In this document: positions 1 to 12,899 of the stretch, one piece after another
Numbering within the stretch: position 1 is the stretch's first letter
Layout: every line of letters begins with the position of its first letter
Assembly (NCBI RefSeq): GCF_009914755.1
Contig: NC_060945.1
DNA from: the human T2T-CHM13v2.0 reference genome, Homo sapiens
DNA: 64,000 bases
Reading direction: 5' to 3' (one strand)
Made by a program: the position numbers and the translations under genes
The notes under the pieces: generated by a model
What the model was told of the DNA's origin: nothing
Database searches by the model: none
What the model saw: only the letters and a program-made list of their open reading frames with translations

Positions 1-113
1 AGAACTGGGATTTGAATCCAGACCAACCCTCCTTACTGCTGTACATTGATGTAGTTTAACAAGAACAACTCTAAACTAAGGTGGGTGTCCATCTATAAAG
101 AAGGTGAATGCTA

Positions 114-442
<329 letters not shown>

Positions 443-1791
443 TCAGAGATAACAGTGATCACATGTGTAGGTATAGACACCTTCACACTCACTGCACTCT
501 CAGCTGAGCCATGAAAATTACTAAGATTAATAAGCAGCAACAAAACCTGCACCTAAAGAAAATAGATGCACAGAAAAATAAGCAAAAAATTAAACATTGA
601 CCTAATATAAAACTGGTAACAACATATTCATTGACATTAAAACAAGATCCTTCATAAAGACTAAATAAATATTTTCTGAGTATCTCCTGTCCTTGATACG
701 ATCACAAACGTTACCATGCTACATGCAATTCTCACAGCATCCTAGTAAGCCACCATCTAGACCTCTTTACAGACACAAAGCTGAAGATGCTCAGAATCTC
801 AGGCACAGCCCCGAAGGCAGCCAGCTGGGTCCACTTCATTCCAAGCCACAAATGCAACACAGAATGCTCTGTGCTGCCTCTGCATAACCACCCCTTTCAC
901 TAAATGCAGGAAGTCACCCCCACAACCAACAAGCTCTATACCCGCACCCCATTTCACCCTGTGTCTAGTTTGAAAGATACATCTTGAATTTAGCTATTCT
1001 AGAAAGAGATACCAATACAAATGAACCCTGAATCACTTTCCAAACACCTGCAGGTGTTTCCAGGCAGTTCATGAACTGTAACACAGTGAATTTTTCTGAA
1101 GGGTGGTCTGTTTTGAGGGGCTGCACAGCAGTTTTACTGATTGCGGACCAGACCACCTGAGATCTACAGGTTGGGATGCATGTGAGGGAAGCTGTACAAA
1201 TTCCCCAGAATCGTGACTCCAGCCCAGAACACTGTCACTACTTGACTAGAGTGGTGGTAATTCTGGAATCATCCGGGTGACCTGCCTACCAGCAAAAGCT
1301 TTTCCTTCTTAATCTACTGAGTAACCTAATACCTGAAGCCAGCTCAGAAAATTCCCATTATCTCTGAAATAAAATGTTTTCATCTGAGTTCTCTCTCTGT
1401 ATTTCTTTATGCTGATATTTTCATATTTCATATTCTTTTCATAATAATGCTGATAATTTCAGTCATCTTCAGGAGGAGGGTCATTCCTTTCAAAAGTCTC
1501 CCCTTCAGGTGAGCACGTTCCCCTATTTGTATTCTAAACAAAGCGGGCAGCATCTCCCAGCAGCAGGGAATAGGTCCACTCAGGAAGCGGCTTTCTCACC
1601 TGCACAGTTTCTGCTGGAGGGAGAGGGGTGTCTCTCCACTTGAAAGGTTCAGTTACACACTTATCTTTATAATAATAGCTTCTCTGCAGCACAAGGCATG
1701 ACTTCTCCCTTCTGAAAGTGCACTTTGCCTTTGATGCCTGAAATAAAGTGTAAGTCAACCAGCAAGCTCCACTGCAGCACACACATGAAGT

Positions 1792-1810
1792 TACTGCCCC
1801 CCGGCGGCGA
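1792..1810 (-). promoter_or_regulatory. Candidate CTCF binding site
   Basis: Minus strand TCGCCGCCGGGGGGCAGTA closely resembles the CTCF core consensus and sits in a local CpG-retaining patch (~1800-2240). Confidence 0.55.
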
Positions 1811-2717
1811 CCGCTGGTCTTTGAACAGCATTGGACAGGCCCTCGGTGCAAAGCTCTCCGGCCCCTCCACAAGCTGGAGACTGCTTCTCCCTACCTGCGG
1901 CCTGGGGACAGCCTTCCCTGGCAATATTACCGGGTTCCAGCTGGCTTGGACTCCCGAAGTCCCCCGGTTTGTATGCTCCGGGTTCTTTTGGATGGCGCTG
2001 GGAAAGGGGAGAACATTATTCGTTGGAGAATTAAGTGGGCAGAGTAAAACCAGCAGGCTGCAAGAAAAAAAGACCTGCTTTTGAGTTTTGCTAGTATCTA
2101 TTGAGCACCCTTGAGGAAATTTCGTCACCCTTCTCAGCACGAATTTCTCACTGAAGAGATGAAAGGCACAGCCTTGGAAGAACCTTCTGGTCCCAGGACT
2201 TCGAGAACCCCAGAGTCGGATATCCAGTTACCCCGGGATTCCACAGTGCTTATTATTTTTATAAAGGGTGAAGAAGTCTCCTTCATCTATGAAATGGGGA
2301 AATAATAGTATATATCTTAGAAGGCTGTAAGAAGGATTCAAAGAGATGATGTACCTAAAATATCTGGCACAAGTGGTAAGTGCTAAGTAAATAGGAGACC
2401 TATAATTGATTGTAAGTATAATTGATTGTAAGTGCTAAGTGAATAGAGGACCTATAATTATAATTTATCACTCAAGCTTCAGAGTGGGAGAGGGTGCTAC
2501 TAATGATTTCACTTGGATGACAGGCATAAGCCAGGATGGACAAAGTGGATGAGACATGTCACCTTATCAATCAATAATTGCCATCATGACATTTGGAAAA
2601 GTCTTCAATGTTGGCAGATGTTTTGAGAAACATTTTACTCAAGTGATCTGGCCTTGTGAGGCTATTTTTGGCAAATCTTCAAGCAGTAACTGGACAGAAT
2701 CCGTCTTGGGGTCACTT

Positions 2718-3008
<291 letters not shown>

Positions 3009-3597
3009 ATCTTGGGGTCATTTAAATCATCCCTGACACAGGGGTCATCTCAGATCAGTACTGTATATGTTTCCAAGACCAATTAAAGACACAAAGTTTA
3101 AGTGACTGAAATGTACCTCCTCTCTAGCCACATGCTGGACAAAACAGGGTACGGGTGTAAGCCAGAGAAGCTGTGTGGAAGAGAACTAGAATCACATTGA
3201 AGAAATGCTCTTTTTGAGCAGATTCCTACATGGAAAACTCTGATTTACCTTATGAGGGTGTGGGGAATGACAGGCAAGTGGGCTGTGAGTTCCGTGAAGG
3301 GAGAGGTGGTGTTTGTCATTCACCAAGATCTGTCTAGAGCTGTGCCCTCCTTACACTGGGGAAGTGGGCTGCCAGCCTGGGGCCCCACAGCTGGTTTTGC
3401 AACCAGCACAGTGCTCAGAACAGAGATGGCACCCAAAAGGTATTTGTTGAATAAATGAATGAATGAATGGATTGATGGAGCCAGGATTCAAATCTGGGTC
3501 TGCCTGGTGCCAGTGTCCAGGCACTGCCTTCCACCTGAGCAGCAGGGTGCCACCTGCCTGGCACGCCATCGGCATGCATAAACATCCATTACATATA

Positions 3598-4049
3598 TGT
3601 GATAGTTAATATTAAGTGTCAACTTGATTGGATTGAAAGATGCAAAGTATTGTTCCTGAATGTGTCTGTGAGGGTGTTGCCAGAGGAGATTAACATTTGA
3701 GTCAGTGGACTGGGAAAGGCGGACCCACCCTCTATCTGCGTGGGCACCATCTAATCAGCTGTCAGAATAAAAGCAGGCAGAAGAATGTGAAAAGACTAAA
3801 CTGGCTTAGCCTCTCAGCCTCCATCTTTCTCCTGCGCTGGATGCTTCCTGCTCTCAAACATTAGACTCCAGGTTCTTCAGCTTTGGGACTCAGACTGGCT
3901 TCCTTGCTCCTCAGCTTGTAGACAGCCTATTGTCGGACCTCACCTTGGGATTGTGTGCGTCAATACTCCTTAACAAACTCCCTTTTAACTCCTCTTTATA
4001 TATATCGATCTATCCTATTAGTTCTGTCCATCTAGAGAACCCTAATATA
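3598..4049 (+). mobile_element. MLT2A-type solo LTR (ERVL)
   Basis: Starts tgtgatagttaatattaagtgtcaacttgattggattgaa, ends ctagagaaccctaatata, 5-bp TSD atata. Confidence 0.85.
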
Positions 4050-4216
4050 ATATAAATACATGACTGAAAGAATGAAGAGTCGTAACTCATGTGAATCTCT
4101 GTTTCCCGTAGGTAAAAACACTCTCTTCACAGAGCTATCCTAGGATTGAAATGAGATGTGAAAGATATATGAAAAATTCACTCGCATTAATGCCATGCTT
4201 TAAGATGATAAGCAGC

Positions 4217-4537
<321 letters not shown>

Positions 4538-4719
4538 TTAGAGTTAGCTGAAACTGGGTTTGAGTCTAGGGATCAACAGTTCCTCACCTGTGTGACCTCA
4601 GACAGGTTTACTTGGCCTCAGATTCCTCCTCTATAGAATGGGGATGATAACAGTACCTATGCCACAGAGTTCTTGTAAAGATAAAATGATACGTCTTGTG
4701 GAGTCCTGATAAGTAAACA

Positions 4720-5025
4720 ACAATGAGAAAGGGGCCCCAGATGGGAGAGAACAATGAACAGTGATTCTGAGAAATGGCCAATCACAAACAACCCCGGGCA
4801 CAGTGACCTTTTTCAGCACATAGGCCCCTCCAGCGCAACCCTATAAAACTTCCTTCCAGCCTCTGCCGCTTGGCAGACGGCCCCTTCTCTGCTGTGCTGC
4901 CTGCTGCACCCTTGCAACATATTTTTATACTTTCTCTAATAAATCTGGCTTTCTTTACCTGCAACTGTCTTGGTAAATTCCTTTACTGCCTGTGACACTG
5001 ACCCCGGCTAGGTGCACCCGTGACA
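4720..5025 (+). mobile_element. ERV-type solo LTR fragment (family uncertain)
   Basis: TATA-like ctataaaa ~4840, AATAAA ~4938, LTR-like U5 (ctgtcttggtaaattcctttac), ends ...tgaca. Confidence 0.55.
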
Positions 5026-5142
5026 TGTATTACATAAATAGGGTACTTAATATACAAAATAAAGCACTTCATATTAATGAATAGAAACTATTTTATTATC
5101 TTTAAAATAAAGCACAAAGATTAACAAAAATTAAAGGTGATT

Positions 5143-5531
5143 ATCATGGATTAAATGCTTGCATCCCCCAAGTCCAAATGCAGAAGCCCTAATCCCCAGT
5201 GTGGCTTTATTTGGAGATGAGGCCTCTAAGGAAGTAATTAGGCTAAAGGAGGTCAGAAGGGTGGGGCCCTAATATAATAGGATTAGTGCTCTTATAAGAA
5301 GAGACACCAGAGAGCTTGCTCCTCTCTCCACACACTGAGGAAAGACCACGTAGGGACACAGGGAGAAGGGGGCCATCTGCAGCCCAGAGGAGAGGCCTCA
5401 CCAGAAAGAGACCATGCTGGGACCTCGACCTCAGACTTGCAGGCTCCAGAACTGTGGGAAATACATGTCTATTGCTCAAGCCTCCTAATCTGTGTTTTTT
5501 GTTATGGCAGCCTGAGAAGATTAATAATACA
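5143..5531 (+). mobile_element. MaLR LTR (MLT1A/MST-like)
   Basis: Typical motifs ggtggggccctaat...cttataagaagag and ...gttatggcagcc...aatataca end. Confidence 0.8.
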
Positions 5532-5945
5532 GTGATAAAATAAGACATGCTATTGTTATGTTGAGGAACTTTCTGAATTAAATAATATTTTTGTCTCTTA
5601 ATCGTGAATTCAGGCCGACCTCAGATACCTCTCTCTTTGGCATTAATTATGATTGCACATGGGAATTTCATGTGGCACCTGCTGAAATTAGTAACAAAAG
5701 GAAAAGTACTGGACCTTTCCAAGTTATAAAAGGTTTAGCTTCCCGAGTTCTTTGTTCAGAAATATGGTGGGTAACTGCTCTTGATACTCAGAAACTTAGT
5801 AACCTAGCTATAGTCCTCTCAATGAAGTGTTCCATGTTAAACTATAGTGGCTAAAACTATTCTTTTATGGAGCTGAAGCTAAAAAGAAAAAAATCAGATT
5901 AGAAAAAAATCCTCTTTTTTTCCTCCAAATAAGTCTTTTTAATAA

Positions 5946-6243
<298 letters not shown>

Positions 6244-6339
6244 TTAGAAAGAAATCTTAATATGCATTTCTAAACACTGATTGCTCCACAGAAGTCAAAA
6301 AAGTTTCCAAATTAAAAAATGTACTAATGAATATCTAAC

Positions 6340-7318
6340 TGTGGTAGGCAGCCTATAGCAGGGATCGCCAACCTCCGGACCACAGACCAGTGCCAGTCCA
6401 TGGCCTGTTAGGAAGCGGGCCACACAGCAGGAGGTGAGCAGCGGGTGAGCCAGCAAAGCTTCATCTGTATTTACAGCTGCTGCCCATTGCTCACATTACT
6501 GCCTGAGTTCCAGCGGCAGCAGAGTCCCATAGGAGCATGAACCCTATTGTGAACTGTGCATGTGAGGGATCTGGGTTGCCCACTCCTTATGAGAATCTAA
6601 TGCCTGATGATCTGTCACTGTCTCCCATCAGCCCCAGATGGGACCATCTAATTGCAGGAAAACAAGCTTAGGGCTTCTACTAATTCTACATTATGGTGAG
6701 TTGTATAATTATTTTATTATATAATAATAGAACTAAAGTACACAGTAAATGTAATGCACTTGAATTATCCTGAAACTAGCTCCCTGCCCCCTGGTCTGTA
6801 GAAAAACTGTCTTCCATGAAACTGGTCCCTGGTACCAAAAATGTTGGGGACCACTGGCCTATAGGATGGCCCCCAGGGATCCCCACGTCCTGGTATTTAC
6901 ACCCTTTTGTAATTCCCTCTCCCTGAGTGAGATTTGCACTTACCGACTCGCTTCTCAGGAATAGAATACAGCGAAAGTGATGGGATATCACTGAGATTAG
7001 GCTACAAAAAGATGGTGGATCCCATTCCATCTGGCTTGCTCTGAGGGAAGCCTGCTGCCATGCTGCAAGCCACCCTATGGAGAGGGTGCAGCAGCCCCCA
7101 CACAAGTGAGCCTGGCAGTAGATACCACTCCTTCAGTTCAGCCTTCAGATGAAACCACAGCTGATATTTTATTGCAGCCTTGGGAGAGACTCTGAGGCAG
7201 GGGCACCAGGCTAAGCCATCCCTGAATTTCTGACCCACAGACACTGTGACATAATTAACATTTATTATTTAAGCCACTAAGTGTTGGGTTTGTTACATGG
7301 CAGTAGATAACTAATACA
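6340..7318 (+). mobile_element. MLT1E/F-like MaLR LTR interrupted by MER1
   Basis: tgtggtaggcagcc start, resumes gatggccccc... at 6865, ends gataactaataca. Confidence 0.75.
6359..6856 (+). mobile_element. MER1A-type hAT-Charlie DNA transposon
   Basis: Termini cagggatcgccaacc / gttggggaccactg; perfect 8-bp TSD gcctatag (6351-6358 / 6857-6864). Confidence 0.88.
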
Positions 7319-9192
7319 CAAACCTATATTGTATATACAGACCCAATCACTCTGACAGGCATTTTATGTGTATCATAAAATGTGAGTACTATCAACAGCT
7401 CCATTTACAGGCAGGGAAACCAAGGCATCGGTAGGATAAATAGCTTCCCAGAGTCACACTGCATAAGTGGGAAAGGTATGCTTAAGACCCATAGCCTTAA
7501 CCAGTATGCTTCCCAGCCTCCTCATGTAGACTTCACTGGGGAATGTGAGCATATTAAACCCAGCTAAATCTTCAGAGGTGAAAATAAATAAAAAACCTAC
7601 CCCAACTATATCAAATATGGTAAAGAATTTCTATGATGATTGAAATTTACACAACATGAAGCCAACCCTTTCCCCAACGTCAAAGTTTGAGTTAAGGTAA
7701 TTAATATTCTCCTGAGGTTACACTTTGAAAATGTTTCTGTTTTTCCCAAGAAGAGACATTTTTACTTTCTACTGCCATGGTATAGCCTCCTAATGCTCAG
7801 AGATCATGGCAGAGTGATCGGCTGTGTCTCATCAGCATTCTTATGCTTTGATGGTGATTAGTATTTACAAAGGAAAAAATTGTCTCTCACAACTGAACTG
7901 TATGTGAAATGACTGGCACTTCCTCAGCATCCTTGAGATGAGTCCTAATGATTCTGCATAGACAATGTACACCCAGGGTCTACCCATCCCACACATGCTG
8001 ATGTGTGCACAGTCACTATTACTGTACCAGGAGTGATGCGTTCTCAGACCTGCGCAAACAGGCCCTGCGGTGATATGTATGAAAATGAGTGGATCACATT
8101 TTTTTAAAAGGAGAGAAACAAAGAGACAAAGAATATAGCCTGAAATATAAACATTGGAACCAACAGCTCCTGCCTTAGCTATTCTGCTCTAGCACAAAGC
8201 CTATTTTTTGTTCCTTTATGTAATTGTCCTGAGGCTGGAAAAGCCTGAAGTTGCAGGCAGTAACATTTAAAGCTACTGCTATGGAAGAAAAAATGCTTTA
8301 AGTAATGAAGGTGACAGCAGATTGAGCTGAGAGGGGAACCAAGCAGTTGTTAGGGGGTGGAGTGGTGAGGAGGATTTAAAGCAGCTCTGGATGTGAAAAA
8401 CATCTGATTTTAGAGTCAGAAACCCTAAAATTAGAGAAATAGTGGAAAACTGAAAATAAACTTCGCACATATGTAACATGTAGCTTTCAAAAATGTACAA
8501 CATTCTGAACCTTCCCAAATAAATTAAACTCTATACCATATTGGAGATAAGATCATTTAAGGGGAAATTTTATTCAGAATTTAAATCTGAGAAACCGCAT
8601 GCCTCACCCTCACACTAGGGTGAAAAGTGAAAATGGCCTAAAACTGCCTGGATTTTCCAGTGCAATAGAACCCAACTGTTACTCTCCTGCTAGGATGTCA
8701 CATTTTACAATATGCTACAACAGACTGGCTTGGAAGAGGAACAGGCAGAAACGCAGCCAAGTATATACAACCTCAGGAGTGGAAACTATGTACATCAGCA
8801 GGGCCACCTTAGGTCCTCAAAACACTTCAATCATCAAATTGCTTTCGAATGATGTCCTGCGACCAGAAAACAAGTTTTGGGAGGCCAAGTGCATGATCTG
8901 CCGTTTGGGTGGAGAGTGAGCAGCACCCATTAAGGCGAACGGAGGTAACCTAAGGTTAAACCAAATGCCCCATCTCCTGGTCTGTGGGCACCAGTGACCC
9001 CGCCTGTAGGCCACAGGGTCAAACAACAATCAGGAGAAGGAAGCCTGCAGACCAAGGGCCTGGCTCCCGGTTCAGGAAATCAAGGCACAGAAAGGGTAAG
9101 TCATCTAGCTAGAAGTGGAGCTTCATCAAATTTTCAGTGATCTTTTTAAGATATAACGATGCCTCTGGTCAGGCCAAACCCCGGCTTCAGAC

Positions 9193-9349
9193 AATGGTTC
9201 CCAACCTCAGCTAACAATTAGAATCACCTGGGGAGCTTTCCAGGCGATTCCCAGCCCCAGAGATTGGAATGGGTTTGGAGTGGCCTGGAAATGGGAATTT
9301 TTCAAAGCTCCCTAGAGACTCTGACGTGCAGCTAAGGTTGGGAGCACTG
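9193..9349. mobile_element. MER5A-like hAT MITE
   Basis: caatggttcccaacct...ttagaatcacctggggagc...aggttgggagcactg, inverted termini. Confidence 0.7.
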
Positions 9350-12300
9350 CTCAAAGGTCTCTACTCACATAAAGAATGGAAGGATGTCACTTCTACTTCT
9401 TTCATGCTGATCCGAATATTTTGTTATTAAAAGAAAGTCATGATAGCACTACATCTATCACAAATCTTAGGTGAGTTGTTTTTGTTTTTTTTAGGTAAGT
9501 TTACTCAAGCGAAAAGAGTAAATTTTTCTATAATTTTCTGACTTAGCCTTCCAGCAAAGCTCTATGAATCAAATATACATTCATATTTCAGACAACTGAA
9601 AAAAGGGTATTTGTTTCCATTACTATACGGAACTATATTCACTGCTTGGAAATGAACGGAATATTATCTGAGAACTCTTAAATTCCTGGTCAGCTTGATG
9701 ATGACTGAATAAACTCTTATTCCAGGGAACCAACTAACCATTTTCAGCAATTCAAAGCACATGTAATTACTGGTTCAAAGCATTTTGAATTGTTTTGCTT
9801 TTCTAAATAGAAAAGAAAAAAAGACTCACAAAAAGAGTACTATAATGGAATATGTTCATCAAATATTTGTACAAACAGAAAATAATCATATTTTAATAAA
9901 AGTTTTCATTCATCTGTAACAGTGTGAATCTAATACATTTAATTAACAAACTCATTATACAGTATTTACAATATTGATCCTGAGCCAGCCAATGAAAACA
10001 AATCTTACATATCTGGCCAAGCAATTATAGTTACAAAACAGCTTCTGATGTAAATTTTCAAAAGAATTCTAGTTCAGGTTAATTTTTTTTCTTTCCTTGA
10101 AGACTAAGCTTACAGAATCATGTGACTATATATAAAGAAGTTTGATCCAGTCTTTTTTCCTCACACCATCACTCTCCAGATCCAACAGACTGGCTAAGGA
10201 GGGGACGGCCAGACCCCCAGGGACTTTTGTCAGCATTGCAGTTAATGATCTGTTTACACAAGGGGAGATACCACCAACCTAAAGTAGATTTACATTTACA
10301 TTACATCATCCAAAGGTGACACCCCAGTCTTAACAGTAAGACTGCCACATTGAAACCGCAGAAACTACATATTCCCACCTAGAAGGATGGTTTCAGCTAA
10401 ATGAGAAATGGTCCACTTGCTGCAAGGCTTACCAAGGACCCGCTGTGACTTTAGCTCTCAGGTTGCCCACTGCATAGAGCTATTTGCCCTCAGAGACTGG
10501 GACTCCCTTAGCCCACCTGGTTTTTGGGTTTTCACTGATTGCTGTATATCTCACAGGACCCTAGAATTGGACATCAGTGCACAACCCTCCCTCATCCCCA
10601 TTCTGAAGCTCCAGATTCTCCAAATGGAGAGAAGAGGCTCAGATGGAGGCTCTGCCCCTTTCTCCATCTCCAATACCACCATCCTAGTCCCACTCCCTTC
10701 CTATCTCCCCTGGATGATGGCAACAGCCTCCTACCAGGTCTCCTTGCTTCCTCTCTAGCCTACCCAGTTTCCCTCCTGAAAGCCATTCTCCACCAAGATG
10801 TGCAATTAGAATCACACCTGAATCCTTACCATGGCCCCAGGGGGATGTTTTCTGGTTGCTTATCCAACCTCAGCTACCAATCGCCTCTCTGTCTCTCATG
10901 CAACCCTTCAAGTCCTTTAAAAATGGAGTTCACCCTGCACTGGAGCTTCTGCACCTGCTAGTCCCTCTGCCGGGATGCCGGCCACACAAACACCTCCCCA
11001 GGGAGCTTCTTCCTGTCAACCTGGTCCAGGCTGTGCAGAGGCCTCCCTGGGCCACTCCATCTAAAGTGGCTCCCTACTAACTCCTCTGTGTAAGTCCCCT
11101 TTATCCACACTGTCCCCAGAGCCATTATCTACCCTTCTGTGGGCCCTGAAAGGATGACCCAACCTATGGACTCCACTGCAGGGGCTCCCTTGCCTCCTAG
11201 CTGTCCTTTGAGTTCTGCCAATGAAATCAGAAGCCTGAGAATTTCTTCCCTGCCTGTACCCTGCCTTAGCATCTCAACTCCACACCTTCAAGTCTACAGC
11301 TCCTGGCAGGCAGCTCCTCCCCTAGGTTTCCAGCCACGTGACTTCCTCCCCCAGCTCCAGCTTCCAGCTGTTGCTCATGGCTGCAGGCCTGGACATCCCT
11401 TGTTAGTTCCCTCAGGACTGCCCCAATTCACCAGCTCTTCAACAAAACCCCCACAGTGTTAGGACCTGACCACTCTGACCAAGCCCCCTCCCCTTGCTCT
11501 CTATCCCTGTTTCAGTCTCTTCATCGCATTTATCACTATCCGAAATGATCTTGTTCACTTGCCTTTTTCCTATTGTCTATCTCCCCCTCAACCACTGGAT
11601 CCTAAGCTCCATGAAAGCAAGGAGCTTGAAATGTTCCCTGCTTTATCCTCTGGGCCTAAACCAGTGGCTGGAACACAGTAAGCACTCAATAGACAGCAAA
11701 GCCTGAATGAACCAATGCTACATTGTCTCTGCTCAAAATATCACCATATCAGTAAGACCTTCCCTGATCATCTTATGGAAAATAGCAATCTCCCCTCCAC
11801 TCCCAGATCTCCACTCCCTCCTCCTGCCCTCCAAGTCTTATTTTTTCCTATAGCATCATTACTTTCTGATACATTTGATATTTCTTTATTGCTTGTTTCC
11901 CTTCCAAAAAATGTCAACCCTGGAGGCAGAAATGCTATTTTATTTACTGATGCAGCCTCAGAGCCTAGGACAGTACCTATCCCGTAGCGAAGTCTCAATA
12001 AATATTTGTTAAAATGAATAGCTAGCGAAGTGGGCAAACTTTCATACAACACAATTTCAGGATTGTATCCAACACTGGAAAAAATTGTCTCCAACACTAC
12101 AAGTAAGTGCCGTCTTACGTGACTTGACCTTGTTCTAGCAGAAAGACAGCCTAGAACTCCTAAGGAAAAGGTTTGAAATGCTGGCTAGCGCTTAGTTTAT
12201 ATGGAGAGGAAAAGGTTTTAGAGTAAGATCAATCAGTAAGACCCTGAGTTCCTGACAATTGCTGCTCTAGAAAGCATGCCTGGAAGCTTACCTAAGCACA

Positions 12301-12363
12301 CGGCCATTGTAATTCCTTTCAGAAAGTAAGTGAACATATAAATTATAAATAAATGACACTTAC

Positions 12364-12372
12364 ATACACCAT
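12364..12372 (-). CDS. RCAN1: RCAN1 alternative first exon, coding part Met-Val-Tyr
   Basis: Minus strand reads gaaacaga ATG GTG TAT|GTAAGT, a consensus donor at 12363-12358 in phase 0 like exon 1. An RCAN1 isoform starting MVY is described. The exon's 5' end cannot be defined from sequence. Confidence 0.8.
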
Positions 12373-12899
12373 TCTGTTTCACAGTGGTGTTGTATTGGCA
12401 GCAGCCTTCAACTATAGTTCATTGACAGCATTTGTGGACCCACAGCCAAGCGCTGAAAGCACTGCTTTTTTTGACAGCTGCTCTCCTAATGGGGCATCTC
12501 TCAAAGACCGGTTTCATTCTGTGACGCCCACGTTGTCCACATTTTATTCTGCACAATAACTGCAGATTTGAAATAAATTCTTCCTCCCCACCACCATTAT
12601 TGATTACTCATACCTGCCCCTCACCCTCCAAAGTGTCTAAATTGTGTGGATTTTGCGGGGGTGGGGGGAGGCGGGGGAAGGAGTCGACTCCCCATGTACT
12701 GGGTGTCCCCGATGGCGGCAAGCCACACCTTCACACAAGGGGGCAAGGTTCTTGACTAAATATCCTAAAGGTCTGAAAGATGGTCCCCTTCCCCCCAACA
12801 CAATTCCACCAAAACTGGCCAGCCGCTGGCTAATGAGCAACCACGGATCCTCACCCAAACATTGGCTTTTCTTCCAATAGTGCAGATTGGGAATGCAGG

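Noticed and set aside
1534-2140. Cluster of 112-157 aa ORFs
   Set aside because: No recognisable protein or exon structure; better explained as a GC/CpG-richer regulatory patch.
12070-12220. Several GGAAA (NFAT-like) pentamers near the MVY exon
   Set aside because: A 5-mer expected by chance; the known NFAT cluster belongs to the exon-4 promoter, which is not seen in this window.
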